Source: Macrostomum lignano (taxonomy: Eukaryota). Taken from it: a DNA stretch of 49,303 nt. Both the position numbers and the translations under genes were made by a program. Below the pieces are notes generated by a model, which saw only the letters and a list, made by a program, of their open reading frames with translations, had not been told where the DNA came from and searched no databases. Below, piece after piece: positions 12,561-24,500 of the stretch (the stretch's first letter is position 1; each line of letters begins with the position of its first letter). The stretch spans positions 1-49,303 of the forward strand of contig NIVC01004347.1 of the NCBI GenBank assembly GCA_002269645.1, in the 5' to 3' direction.

Positions 12561-12649
12561 CAGACAATAAGTAGCTAGTGCGACAATTTCCTTAGCATTA
12601 TAGTGGCTCCTTTAAAATTCGCTTACTTTTACGTTTGAAATTGTGTATC

Positions 12650-15600
12650 TTTTATGTTTGACATGGTGGCTCTTTAATTTTTGACATGGTGGCTCTTTTA
12701 TGTTGACATGGTGGCTCTTTTATGTTTGACATGGTGGCTCTTTACTGTTTGACATGGTGGCTCTTTACTGTTTGAAATGGTGGCTCTTTAATGTTCTACA
12801 TGGTAACTCTTTTATGTTTGATACGGTGGCTTTTTAATGTCTGACATGGTGGCTCTTAAATGTTTGACATGGTGGCTCTTTAATGTTCTTCATGGTGGCT
12901 CTTTAATATTCTACATAGTGGCTCTTTTATGTTCGACATAGTGGCTCTTTAATGTTTGACATGGGGTCTCTTCAATGTTTGACATGGAGTTACGTATATG
13001 TTTGACATGGTGGCTCTTTAATGTTTTACATGGTGGCACTTTCATGTTTGACCTGGTGGCTTTTTAATGTTTGACATGGTGGCTCTTAAATGTTTGACAT
13101 GGTGGCTCTTTAATATTCTACATGGTGGCTCTTTTATGTTCGACATGGTGGCTGTTTTTTGTTCTACACGGTAACTCTTTTATGTTTGATACGGTGGCTT
13201 TTTAATGTCTGACATGGTGGCTCTTCTATGTTTGACATGGTGGCTCTTTAATGTTTGACATGGTAGCTCTTTTATGTTCGACATGGTGGCTCTTTAATGT
13301 TCGACATGGTGGCTCTTTTATGTTCGACATGGTGTCGCTTCAATGTTTGACATGAAGTTACGTATATGTTTTACATGGTGGCTCTTTTATGTTCGACATT
13401 GTGGCTCTTTAATGTTTGACATAGGTTCTCTTCAATGTTTGACATGGAGTTACGTATATGTTTGACATGGTGGCTCTTTAATGTTTTACATGGTGGCACT
13501 TTCATGTTTGACCTGGTGGCTCTTTAATGTTTGACATGGTGGCTCTTTAATATTTGACATGGTGGCTCTTTTATTTTTGACATGGTGGCTCTTTAGTGTT
13601 AGACATGGTGGATCTTTTATGTTTTGCATAGTGGCTCTTTTATGTTCGACATGGTGTCTCTTCAATGTTTGACATGGAGTCATGTATATGTTTGACATGG
13701 TGGCTCTTGTATTTTTAACATGTTGGCTCTTTAATGTTCGACATGGTGACTCTTTAATGTCTAACATGGAGTCACGTATATGTTTGACATGGAGTCATGT
13801 ATATGTCTGATATGGTAGGTCTTTAATGTTTTACATGGAGTCACATATATGTTTCACATGGTGGCTATTTTATGTTTGACATGGTGGTTCTTAAATGTTC
13901 GACATGGTGGCTCTTTAATGTTTTACATGGTGGCACTTTCATGTTTGACCTGTTGGCTCTTTAATATTTGACATGGTGGCCCTTTTATGTTCGACATTGT
14001 GGCTCTTCAATGTTTGACATGGAGTCATGTATATGTTTGACCTGGTGGCTCTTTAATTTTTGACATGGTGGCTCTTTAATGTTTTACATGGTGGCACTTT
14101 CATGTTTTACCTGGTGGCTCTTTAATGCTTGACATGGTGGCTTTTTAATATTTGATATGGTGGCACTTTCATATTTTACCTGGTGGGTCTTTAATGTTTG
14201 ACATGGTACCTCTTTTATGTTCGACATGGTGGCTCTTTAATGTTTTACATGGTGGCTCTTTAATGTTTGATAAGGTGGCTCTTTAATGTTTGACATGGTG
14301 GCTCTTTAATGTTCGACATGGTGGCTCTTTAATTTTTGACATGGTGGCTCTTTAATGTTTGAAATGGTGGCTCTTTAATTTTTGAAATGGTGGCTGTTTT
14401 ATGTTTGACATGGTGGCTCTTTAATGTTCGACATGGTGGCTCTTTAATGTTTGACATGGTGGCTCTTTAATTTTCGAAATGTTGGCTGTTTAATGTTTGA
14501 CATGGTGGCTCTCTAATGTTTGACATGGTGGCTCTTTAATGTTTGACATGGTAACTCTTTTATGTTCGACATGGTGGCTCTTTTATGTTCGACATGGTGT
14601 CATTTCAATGTTTGACATGAAGTTACGTATATGTTTTACATGGTGGCTCTTTTATGTTCGACATTGTGGCTCTTTAATGTTTGACATGGGGTCTCTTCAA
14701 TGTTTGACATGGAGTTACGTATATGTTTGACATGGTGGCTCTTTAATGTTTTACATGGTGGCACTTTCATGTTTGACCTAATGGCTCTTTAATGTTTGAC
14801 ATGGTGGCTCTTTAATATTTGACATGGTGGCTCTTTTATTTTTGACATGGTGGCTCTTTAGTGTTAGACATGGTGGCTCTTTTATGTTTTGCATAGTGGC
14901 TCTTTTATGTTCGACATGGTGTCTCTTCAATGTTTGACATGGAGTCATGTATATGTTTGACATGGTGGCTCTTTAATGTTTGACATGGTGGCTCTTTAAT
15001 ATTTGACATGGTGGCTCTTTTATTTTTGACATGGTGGCTCTTTAGTGTTAGACATGGTGGCTCTTTTATGTTTTGCATAGTGGCTCTTTTATGTTCGACA
15101 TGGTGTCTCTTCAATGTTTGACATGGAGTCATGTATATGTTTGACATGGTGGCTCTTGTATTTTTAACATGTTGGCTCTTTAATGTTCGACATGGTGACT
15201 CTTTAATGTCTAACATGGAGTCACGTATATGTTTGACATGGAGTCATGTATATGTCTGATATGGTAGCTCTTTAATGTTTTACATGGAGTCACATATATG
15301 TTTCACATGGTGGCTATTTTATGTTTGACATGGTGGTTCTTAAATGTTCGACATGGTGGCTCTTTAATGTTTTACATGGTGGCACTTTCTTGTTTGACCT
15401 GTTGGCTCTTTAATGTTTGACATGGTGGCTCTTTAATATTTGACATGGTGGCCCTTTTATGTTTTACCTGGTGGCTCTTTATTGCTTGACATGGTGGCTT
15501 TTTAATATTTGATATGGTGGCACTTTCAAGTTTTACCTGGTGGGTCTTTAATGTTTGACATGGTACCTCTTTTATGTTCGACATGGTGGCTCTTTAATGT

Positions 15601-16270
15601 TTGACATGGTGGCTCTTTAATGTTTGATAAGGTGGCTCTTTAATGTTTGACATGGTGGCTCTTTAATGTTCGACATGGTGGCTCTTTAATGTTTGACATG
15701 GTGGCTCTTTAATGTTTGAAATGGTGGCTCTTTAATTTTTGAAATGGTGGCTGTTTTATGTTTGACATGGTGGCTCTTTAATGTTCGACATGGTGGCTCT
15801 TTAATGTTTGACATGGTGGCTCTTTAATTGTCGAAATTGTGGCTCTGTTTTATGTTTGACATGGTGGCTCTTTAATGTTCGACATGGTGGCTCTTTAATG
15901 TTCTTAATGGTGTCTGTTTTATGTTTGACATGGTAGCTCTTTAATGTTCGACATGGTGGCTCTTTAATGTTTGACATGGTGGCTCTTTAATTTTCGAAAT
16001 GTTGGCTGTTTTATGTTTGACATGGTGGCTCTTTAATGTTTGACATGGTGGCTCTTTAATGTTTGACATGGTGGCTCTTTAATGTTTGACATGGTGGCTC
16101 TTTAAAGTTCGACATGGTGGCTCTTTAATGTTCGACATGGTGGCGCTTTTAGGTTTGAAATGGTGGCTCTTTAATGTTTGACATTGTGGCTGTTTTATGT
16201 TTGACATTGTGGCTCTTTAATGTTTGACATGGTGGCTGTTTTATGTTTGACATGGTGGCTCTTTAATGTT
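12650..16270. repeat. 23-bp satellite (CATGGTGGCTCTTTAATGTTTGA), about 157 units, with higher-order duplications
   Basis: Direct reading. The variant unit CTTTAGTGTTAGAC recurs at 13591, 14856 and 15040 (offsets 1265 = 55x23 and 184 = 8x23). Confidence 0.95.
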
Positions 16271-16989
16271 TAGCATTTTGTGTTTTCAAGGTGTTTTAAT
16301 AAAAAAAACATTTTTCACTACTAAGATTCGAACCAAGGTCGCTACATTAGCATTCCAGTCTGTTTGCATCCGGCTATCTCTTTTCAATTGGAGCACATGA
16401 ACTGTGGCCCTTATAATTCAATACTTATAGCAAGTCGGTTAGAGTAAAAATTTATGACATAATCAATTTCTCAGTCAGCCAGTATCAGTCTCAATTTAAG
16501 TTAGCAATATGGTTACGCAATTTCAATCAAGTCTTGTGTGCGTTTCTGTGGCACTGTTTTCACCTTGTTGTGATGCAATCTTTATCACAATCGGAATTCA
16601 GTCAGTCAGTTTTTTCTCTAGCATTCTTACAATGCAATTCAAGTCAAAAATTTGGCTTGACCTTTGCAAAAAAGCATGTTTTTCGAATATTTAATCCCTT
16701 TAACATTGAGCAATTTCTTAGCCAAGATGCATGTACCGTCCCAGGAAAATTTCTGATCGAATGCTGCAAGTTTGAAGAAAATCGGTTGAGCCAATTTTTC
16801 TGAAATCAATCGCATACCCATATACAGACAACTCATTTTTAGTATATAGGATGCACTATTTAGTCCGCGCGTTGAAGTCCATGCACTTCAACCGAATTTC
16901 AACTTTTAATAACTTCTTAATTGACTCTGCGCTTTTCTTGCCAGATGGAGCTCAAGATGAGGAGAAGGGGAATAGTGCGGGAAAGGAAG

Positions 16990-17330
16990 GAAGAGAAGGA
17001 GAAGAGGATCAGGGGATCAGGTGAGAGAAGGGGAAGAGGAGCAGGGGATCAGGTGAGAGAAGGGGAAGAGGAGCAGGGATCAGGTGAGAGAAGGGGAAGA
17101 GGAGCAGGGGATCAGGTGAGAGAAGGGGAAGAGGAGCAGGGGATCAGATGAGAGAAGGGGAAGAGGAGCAGGGGATCAGGTGAGAGAAGGGGAAGAGGAG
17201 CAGGGGATCAGGTGAGAGAAGGGGAAGAGGAGCAGGGGATCAGGTGAGAGAAGGGGAAGAGGAGCAGGGGATCAGGTGAGAGAAGGGGAAGAGGAGCAGG
17301 GGATCAGGTGAGAGAAGGGGAAGAGGAGCA
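16990..17330. repeat. 32-bp purine-rich minisatellite (GGAGCAGGGGATCAGGTGAGAGAAGGGGAAGA)
   Basis: About 10 near-identical units. Confidence 0.95.
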
Positions 17331-17429
17331 GGGAGAGAAGAATAAGAAGAGCAGGGGAGAGCAGAGGAAAGAGGATCGGGGAAGAGAAGAAAAAATGAAA
17401 GAACAACGATAATAATGGTAGCTAAAAGA

Positions 17430-18025
17430 AGAGAGAAGCAGGGAGGAGAGAGGGAAGCAGGGGAGGAGAGAGGGAAGCAGGGGAGGAGAGAGGGAAGCAG
17501 GGGAGGAGAGAGGGAAGCAGGGGAGGAGAGAGGGAAGCAGGGGAGGAGAGAGGGAAGCAGGGGAGGAGAGAGGGAAGCAGGGGAGGAGAGAGGGAAGCAG
17601 GGGAGGAGAGAGGGAAGCAGGGGAGGAGAGAGGGAAGCAGGGGAGGAGAGAGGGAAGCAGGGGAGGAGAGAGGGAAGCAGGGAGGAGAGAGGGAAGCAGA
17701 GGAGGAGAGAGAGAAGCAGGGAGGAGAGAGGGAAGCAGGGGGGAGAGAGGGAAGCAGGGGAGGAGAGAGAGAAGCAGGGAGCAGATAGGGAAGCAGAGGA
17801 GGAGAGAGGGAAGCACGGAAGGAGATAGGGAAGCAGGGGAGGAGAGAGGGAAGCACGGAAGGAGAGAGGGAAGCACGGAAGGAGAGAGGGAAGCACGGAA
17901 GGAGAGAGGGAAGCACGGAAGGAGAGAGGGAAGCACGGAAGGAGAGAGGGAAGCACGGAAGGAGAGAGGGAAGCACGAAAGGAGAGAGGGAAGCACGGAA
18001 GGAGAGAGGGAAGCACGGAAGGAGA
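17430..18025. repeat. 20-bp purine-rich minisatellite (GGGAGGAGAGAGGGAAGCAG changing to GGAAGGAGAGAGGGAAGCAC)
   Basis: In-register 20-bp units at 17461-17680 and 17821-18020. Confidence 0.95.
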
Positions 18026-18443
18026 GCCCATTTTCCTGTCATGTTTTTACCAATGCAAACGAAAGTGGAATTTTAGGCAGTTGGGAAACACTTAAGTCTG
18101 TATTTTGTTAGACAGAAAGTTTCAGCAGGAGAGCAGTTCGTACACGTGAACTATGAGCAGTTAGCAAAGCAGCTTATCTAACGTCTGCCAGAGAAAGAGT
18201 TCAAATGCACTGTTTTGGCGCAATACAGTCAAGAAAGATTGTGAACTTTGACTGGCTAATGCTGAAAGATCATGATACCAGGGGGAGGGGGCTGAATCAT
18301 TTCTGCTGATGCAGCACACTTCAGGCCAAGCCCGGTTGCTGATTTTCGCTCAAAAAGTGCTGACAAGATTTTGTAATTGAAAAAACCAATCGAAAATTTC
18401 GAACCCAAAGCCACCCCCCAAGATATGACTGCAGGTTGAAGTC

Positions 18444-18473
18444 TATAAAAGTGAGCCAGATTTTCAGCTATCA
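18444..18473 (+). promoter_or_regulatory. Candidate TATA box (TATAAAA, 18444) with an Inr-like TCAGAC about 27 nt downstream, upstream of the vitellogenin-like gene
   Basis: Motif and spacing only. GATA-type sites at 18173-18179 (AGATAAG, -) and 18468-18473 (TGATAG, -). No transcript data. Confidence 0.3.
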
Positions 18474-18571
18474 GACTCAACAAAGCCCCAGATTGGTGGC
18501 AATCAATATAAACCAGTTGGTTAACTGAAGACAGGACGACAAATATAACTCTGCTTGACAACAACTCAGCC

Positions 18572-21500
18572 ATGAAGCTGCTGTTTCTATTGGCCTGCGT
18601 AGGCCTTGCCGGTAAGTTTTGTTGCTTCTGCCGAGTGGTCTAGCGCGGCGCTCTGATGTGCCAGCGGCCCAGGCTCGATTCCAAGTGCAGTCACATTAAT
18701 TTGGGGCTGAATTGGAATCTCGGCTTGGCTCTGCTCGTGCAATTAACGCCTTTGATGGCCAACCCCCAAGGCATAGTGCAGTTAGGGCCGCTGTACACTC
18801 CTGTGTGAGTGTGTGCCTGTGCGTTTGACTGCGTACGTATCCGCGAGCTTGTGTGCCTGCTCAGGGGAGTCGGCGGAATGGGCAGCAATGCCTCTCGCCG
18901 GTTGTAAAATTGTCGCTTGAAGTGCGCCAAGGTGTATACAGCCCCTTGCTTTTAAGAAAAAACCGTTGCTTTTTGTTTAACATAAGTCCTATCCGTCCTG
19001 TCCGAATAGCTTACTGCAAGTAGAAAAGCAAGTGTAAGGCAGGAAAAATTCTATTAGTTGGTTTTTTACTTTTACAGCCTCGGCAAGTCTCCGGCCAGCC
19101 GGGCAGCTGCGGGCCGGCACGCCCAGGCAGCTGGAGTACCAGTACGATGCTCAGATTGGCAGCGGCATCGAGGAGATCAGCGGCCAGTTCAGCACTGTCC
19201 GCATGCGCTTCCGCGTCCAGATGCGCACTGACGGTGCGGCTTCCGCAGTCGCCGGCGCCGAGAAATGGACGGTGACCTTCACCGAGGTGAACCTCCGACA
19301 GAGGATCAACGCCACGGAGCAGCTGCCGAAGACGATGCTTCCAATGGCCGAATTCCGCAACCTGGAGGACCCCCTGATGTGGGCGCAGGTGGAGCGGGCT
19401 CTCAAGCAGCCGTTCGCTGTCCTGCTGCGCTCTCGGGAGCAGAAGGTTGCCAAGGTGCTGTTCAACGAGGCCGAGCCATTCTGGAGCGTCAACATCAAGA
19501 AGGGCTTCCTGAGCATGCTGCAGGTAGACTTCGTCCCGAAAATCCCGAAAAAAATGGAGAACGGCCAGTGGACGAAGGAGCAGGACGAGGTAAAGAAGCT
19601 CGCTTGTTGTCAATGACTCGAAGTAGTTTAGATAGTCGCAGTAGTTTAGCAACCGTAACTTGGTTTAGTGAAGAGAAAATTCAAGTACAATGTTACTCAT
19701 AATTAGCTTCTAGCTATGGAGGAACAGTTCTATAGTTAAAATGGGTACTGATTGGATAATACTAGGAAGAGATACAGATAAATATAGACGAAGTCAATCT
19801 TAAGCTTTTGATAAATCAATCGACAATCCGAAATTTCAGATGACAACCGCCGCAGTCTGCCGGACATTCTACACCGCCGACCAGATCGAATACCACGAGT
19901 CCGACTCGCCAGTCTACCGTGTCGCCAAGTCCATCGACTTCAACAACTGCCGCAACCCCATGGACGGCAGCCGCGGCCTGGCCGCCATGTGGAACGGCCT
20001 GCGGCACCACGAGAGCCTCCGGTCAGCTAGCCAGGAGGGCCGCAGCTCCGACTTAGTTAGCGTCAGCAACCTGGCTCAGTACCTGGTTGAAATGGGCGGC
20101 GACCGAGCCAGCCCGCTGATTAGGAAGGGCTGGGCCCGCACCGTGCACACCCTGTCTCCGAGCAGCGACTCCCAGCACGGCACTGAGAAGATCTTCTCCG
20201 TGTAAGTACTGTAATGTGCACTCTGCTACTGTAAATATACGCCTGAAGATTGAATTTCATATGATGCCAGGAAGTTTATGAATGCAACCGGACGAGCATT
20301 TGACACGCCCTAAACTCGCCGTCACGTCCCACCTTGCAGGCAGAAGCTGAAACTCATCGGCAGCGACGATATCTCCGCCTCTGACGTTGAAGCCCTGGAG
20401 GCCCTGACAGAACAGCCCGAGGGACTACGTCTTATCTACCCCCAGGAGGCCAGGAACATCGACCGAGAGGCCATGCTCAACCAGGTCGTTCGCCAGTTCC
20501 GCAAACTGTGGATGACCGACCGCCGTAGCGAGGTTGACATGCCCTCACTGGAGCAAATCGTTCGAATCCTGCGGTTGCACCTCAAGCGCGTTGAAGACAT
20601 TGAAGCCGTTGCCCAGCAAATCAGCTCTCAGGGAGCTCCTGTCCTGCGCGACTTCATCATGGATATCTGCCCGCAGTTGGCCAACCATGGCTCAACCGAA
20701 TTCCTGATGCGCATCGTGAGGGCTCTGGTGAAGACCAGCAGCCAGCCCAGCGCAACTAACATCGCCCAGATGGCTGGCGTGTCCATCGAACACATCCCGG
20801 CAATCTTTGCCAAGCTCAGCATGACCAGCAAGTGGCAGCTGCGCACTCTACGAGTTGTGCTCGACACGGTGAACGACAGTGAATTCCGCTCCAAGCTGAT
20901 GACCGCCGAGCGGATGCCGATCTACTCCGCTGCCTGGCTAAGCCTCGGCGCCATGGTGAACGTGTACTATGGCCGGCAGGCCGGTATCGAGCCCTACCTG
21001 CAGCCGCTGAGCGACGCTGCCGCCCCCTGGGAAGCCCGACGGATCCACGCCGCTAGCTCGGAAGAGTTCCGCCGCGAGTTCATCGCCGAAGTGACCGCGG
21101 GTCTAAGACGCACCGATGCTGGACGCGACCTGGCCTTGAAGGTAGCCAAGAACTGCGGCCTGTTCGAACTGTACGACCAGCTTGGCCCCATCATCCGAAG
21201 CCGTGATGCCAGGAAAGTTTCCGAGCGCGTGCAGGCCGTCTATGCCACGCAGAACATGCTCCGTCGCAACAGTCTGACCCGCGTCACCGCCGAAGACGCC
21301 AGGAGTGTCGCTCAAGAGGAGAAGTACATCCGAGAGGACAGCGAGTACAGGCGCCACTTCGAGGCGGTCAGCAGCCGAATTCACGCCGACCTGATTGCCT
21401 GCTTCCGCAACGCCCGCGAAGATCCGGAGCTGAGAATCGCTTGCTACCGCGTGCTGATGCAATGCCCCAACGTCAAGCAAACTGTGCTGAACATGCTGGT

Positions 21501-24500
21501 GCAGGCCATTCTGAGCGAGCCGACTCAGCAGGTTTACGCCTATTGTGTCAGCCACATGGCTCAGATTGCCAGCAGCTCTCTGCCTCGCTATGACCGCGTC
21601 CGCCCGACCGTCCAGTCTGTTTTGTCGATGCTGCAGCGCCGGGAGCCAATGGAGCAAGTCTACAGCCGAGTCTTCCACGGCCAGCTGTGGGACGAGCTGC
21701 ACAAACTGGGTCTGACAGTTGAGACCGACATGATCGTCTCTGACAAGTCATTCGTGCCGCGCTGGAGCCACATCAAGATCGAGCACCAATCTATGGGCAA
21801 GAACGTTCCAGCCCTGGAGATCAGCATGCGTACTGAGGGTTTGCAGAGCGTGCTTGCCAAGTTGGTTGGCCCCCGCAGCGCCCTATATGCTGACAGCGTG
21901 GCCAAGCTGCTCAGGCGTTCTGCTCGCAGCCTCGACGCCTCCGTGGACTCCGAGCTTCTCGATATTCTGCCCAGAATGCTGGCTGAGGTGCCGCAATTGG
22001 ATCTGACCTTGGCATTCATGGGATACGATGTTATCTACGTGAAGAGCGTCCGCAAGCTTTCCTCCTCATCCTCCGATGAGCTCAGGAAATCTGGCAAAGC
22101 CGAAGCCATCGTGAAATCGCTGGCGAGCATGGGCAACATTCTCAAGTCATTTGGCAGGCTGTTCTCCATCAGCGCTAACTACGAGCTCCCGACTCCCGCC
22201 GGGTCCATCCTGGACCTCAACTGCTTCATGACGCTTGACTTTAAGCCCGCGGTCACCATTGAGCCCAAGGGCAACAGCGCAAGCAAAAAATCCGGCTACC
22301 AAGTGAAGGCCTCGCTGCCAATCGTTATCAAGGGCTTCAAACGGTTCGGTAGCAATATGCACATCCTTAACCACTATCATCAGTGGCTGACCACTCTGAA
22401 GGTTCTCAAGCAGTCAAGTCAAGAATTCGTCATTCAGATGGACGCTAGCGACGCGAAGCAGCCAGGCTTGAAACTCTTGATGGCCGTGCCCGGCTCCAAG
22501 TCGCCGATCGTGCAATTTAAGAATGCTGCCTACTCTACTTTCACCGAGTCCAACATCCAGTCGGGCAGGATCAGAGTGTCCAACAAAAATGTCACTGTCG
22601 TACACAGGCAGATCCAGAAGCAGAAGCGGTTGGACTTCAGTCCGGTACTGAGCAACCTTTTGGCCCCATTCGGCTACAAGCTGCAGGTGCAGGGCAAGCA
22701 GCACTTCACCGCCGATCTGTACAAGGCTCCATGCAGCCTGCTGTCCGGCCCGTCCGAGTTTACTGTGTTCCTGGAGCCCACGACCGAGGAGGAGACCCGA
22801 CGCACCGTGTTCATCAGCAGCAAGCTGAAGGTTATCGAAGACGAGGAGAGCGCCAAGCCACCCCAGGTGCGTCTGGAGGTGGACAATGTCCGCATCCAGA
22901 GCGACAGCAGCGAGACAATCAAGCAGCGTCTCGTCAGCGCCGTCTTTGAGCCGCGCGACTGGTCGGCCTCTCGGAGGACGTTCCGCTGCAGCCTCCGCTA
23001 CCATCTCGGCCTGCCGTCTAGTCAGCAGGCCAGCGGCTACCAAATGACTGTCAACGGCCAGATTGACCTTCCCGAGGACCTGCCTATGTCGCCCAGGAGT
23101 CTCCCTCTGCGATCCGACGAATGGTTCAATGACAGGCGCCTGCGCATGGAGCTTCGCATCAACGATGAGGAGTCACAAGTAGGCAAAATCGAGGTTCAGT
23201 TCTCTTCCAACCCCGAGCTGAAGAAGCTGTTGGTCGATTCCGGACTGTCCGAGTCCCAGATGAAGAAGATGTTCCCGCGCATCGCTGCCTGCCTGAACGA
23301 GTCCCGCCAAAGCGTCCGGGAAGAGCCGCTGAAGGCCAATCCGCTCTTCACGCCAAGCTGCATCCGCCAGTTCAAGAAGTTCAACAAGCTCAGCCAGGTC
23401 GAGATTGAGATAACCCAGTCGGCTGATTGGTTTATGAACCCGCAAGCCAGCCCACTGCTTCTCGCTGCTATCCAAAAGATCCAGGACTACCTGAAGCCCT
23501 ATTTGACTCTCAGCGAGGCCCAGAGGAGCCATGATGCTAACAAGATCACCATCGTTTCTCGTCCGTCCCCGGTTGACTTCCGCGTGCAGCACCTGAACGT
23601 CACCTGCCCTCACCGCAGGAACGTCTGGCGCTCCATTCAGCTGCCTGCCGTTCCGTTCACCTGGGCTGGTGTCGTGCCCATCGCCACCTCAGCTATGGAC
23701 TACGCCAAGGGCGGCAGGACCAAGTGCAGCCTGCTGCACTCGCACATTAAGACCTTCGACGATGTCGCCTACAGCATCCCCAAGAGCCTGTTCAGCCGGA
23801 TCGCCGAGAATCAATGCCCAATGCTGCTAGCCAAAGATTGCTCGAAAGCCAAGGAATTCCAAGTCCTGGCGCACATTAAGGACGGCAAGAAGTACATCAC
23901 CATGCACCTTAACACCGACTCAAGCCGCCCGTTTGTCATAGAGGTGAGCAAACCAATCAACAGCGACCAGGCCAAGTCCACCGTGAAAGTGAACGGAGTC
24001 GAGGTGGAGCACAGTGAGGAGCCGCGAGAGGAGGTTCAGATCTATAAGCACACTGTCCGCGCTGAGAAGAGCCCGGTGACTGTTGAGATCAGCAAGTACC
24101 GCTACGCAGGCACCGTCATGTACAGCATCAGCAGCAAGCAGCAGCAGGTCAGTCTGCTGGTTGGCGGCAAGAAGCTGCGCACCGTTGAGATCCGGGTCTC
24201 GCCCTTCTATCGCAATCGAATGTGTGGCCTCTGTGGCGACTACGACAGCGAGAAATTCCGCGAGTTCAAAGGTCCCAACTACCACCGAGTGGCCGCCACC
24301 GAAAAGAAAATGATCGAGCAGTATGTCCTGCCTGTGTCCGACAGCTGCCGCATGGACCAGTCTGACAGCTTCGAGCAGGCGCAGAGCATCGAGCTGAGCC
24401 GGCCGAACTACCGTTCTCACTGGTCCTCCGACATGCCCAGGAGGCGATCCAGCTGCCAAATCGTCGCCGGCAAAAAGGTGAAGACCTTCAAGCACGCCGA

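Noticed and set aside
17240-18042. Overlapping 137-263-aa ORFs
   Set aside because: Products of purine-rich minisatellites.
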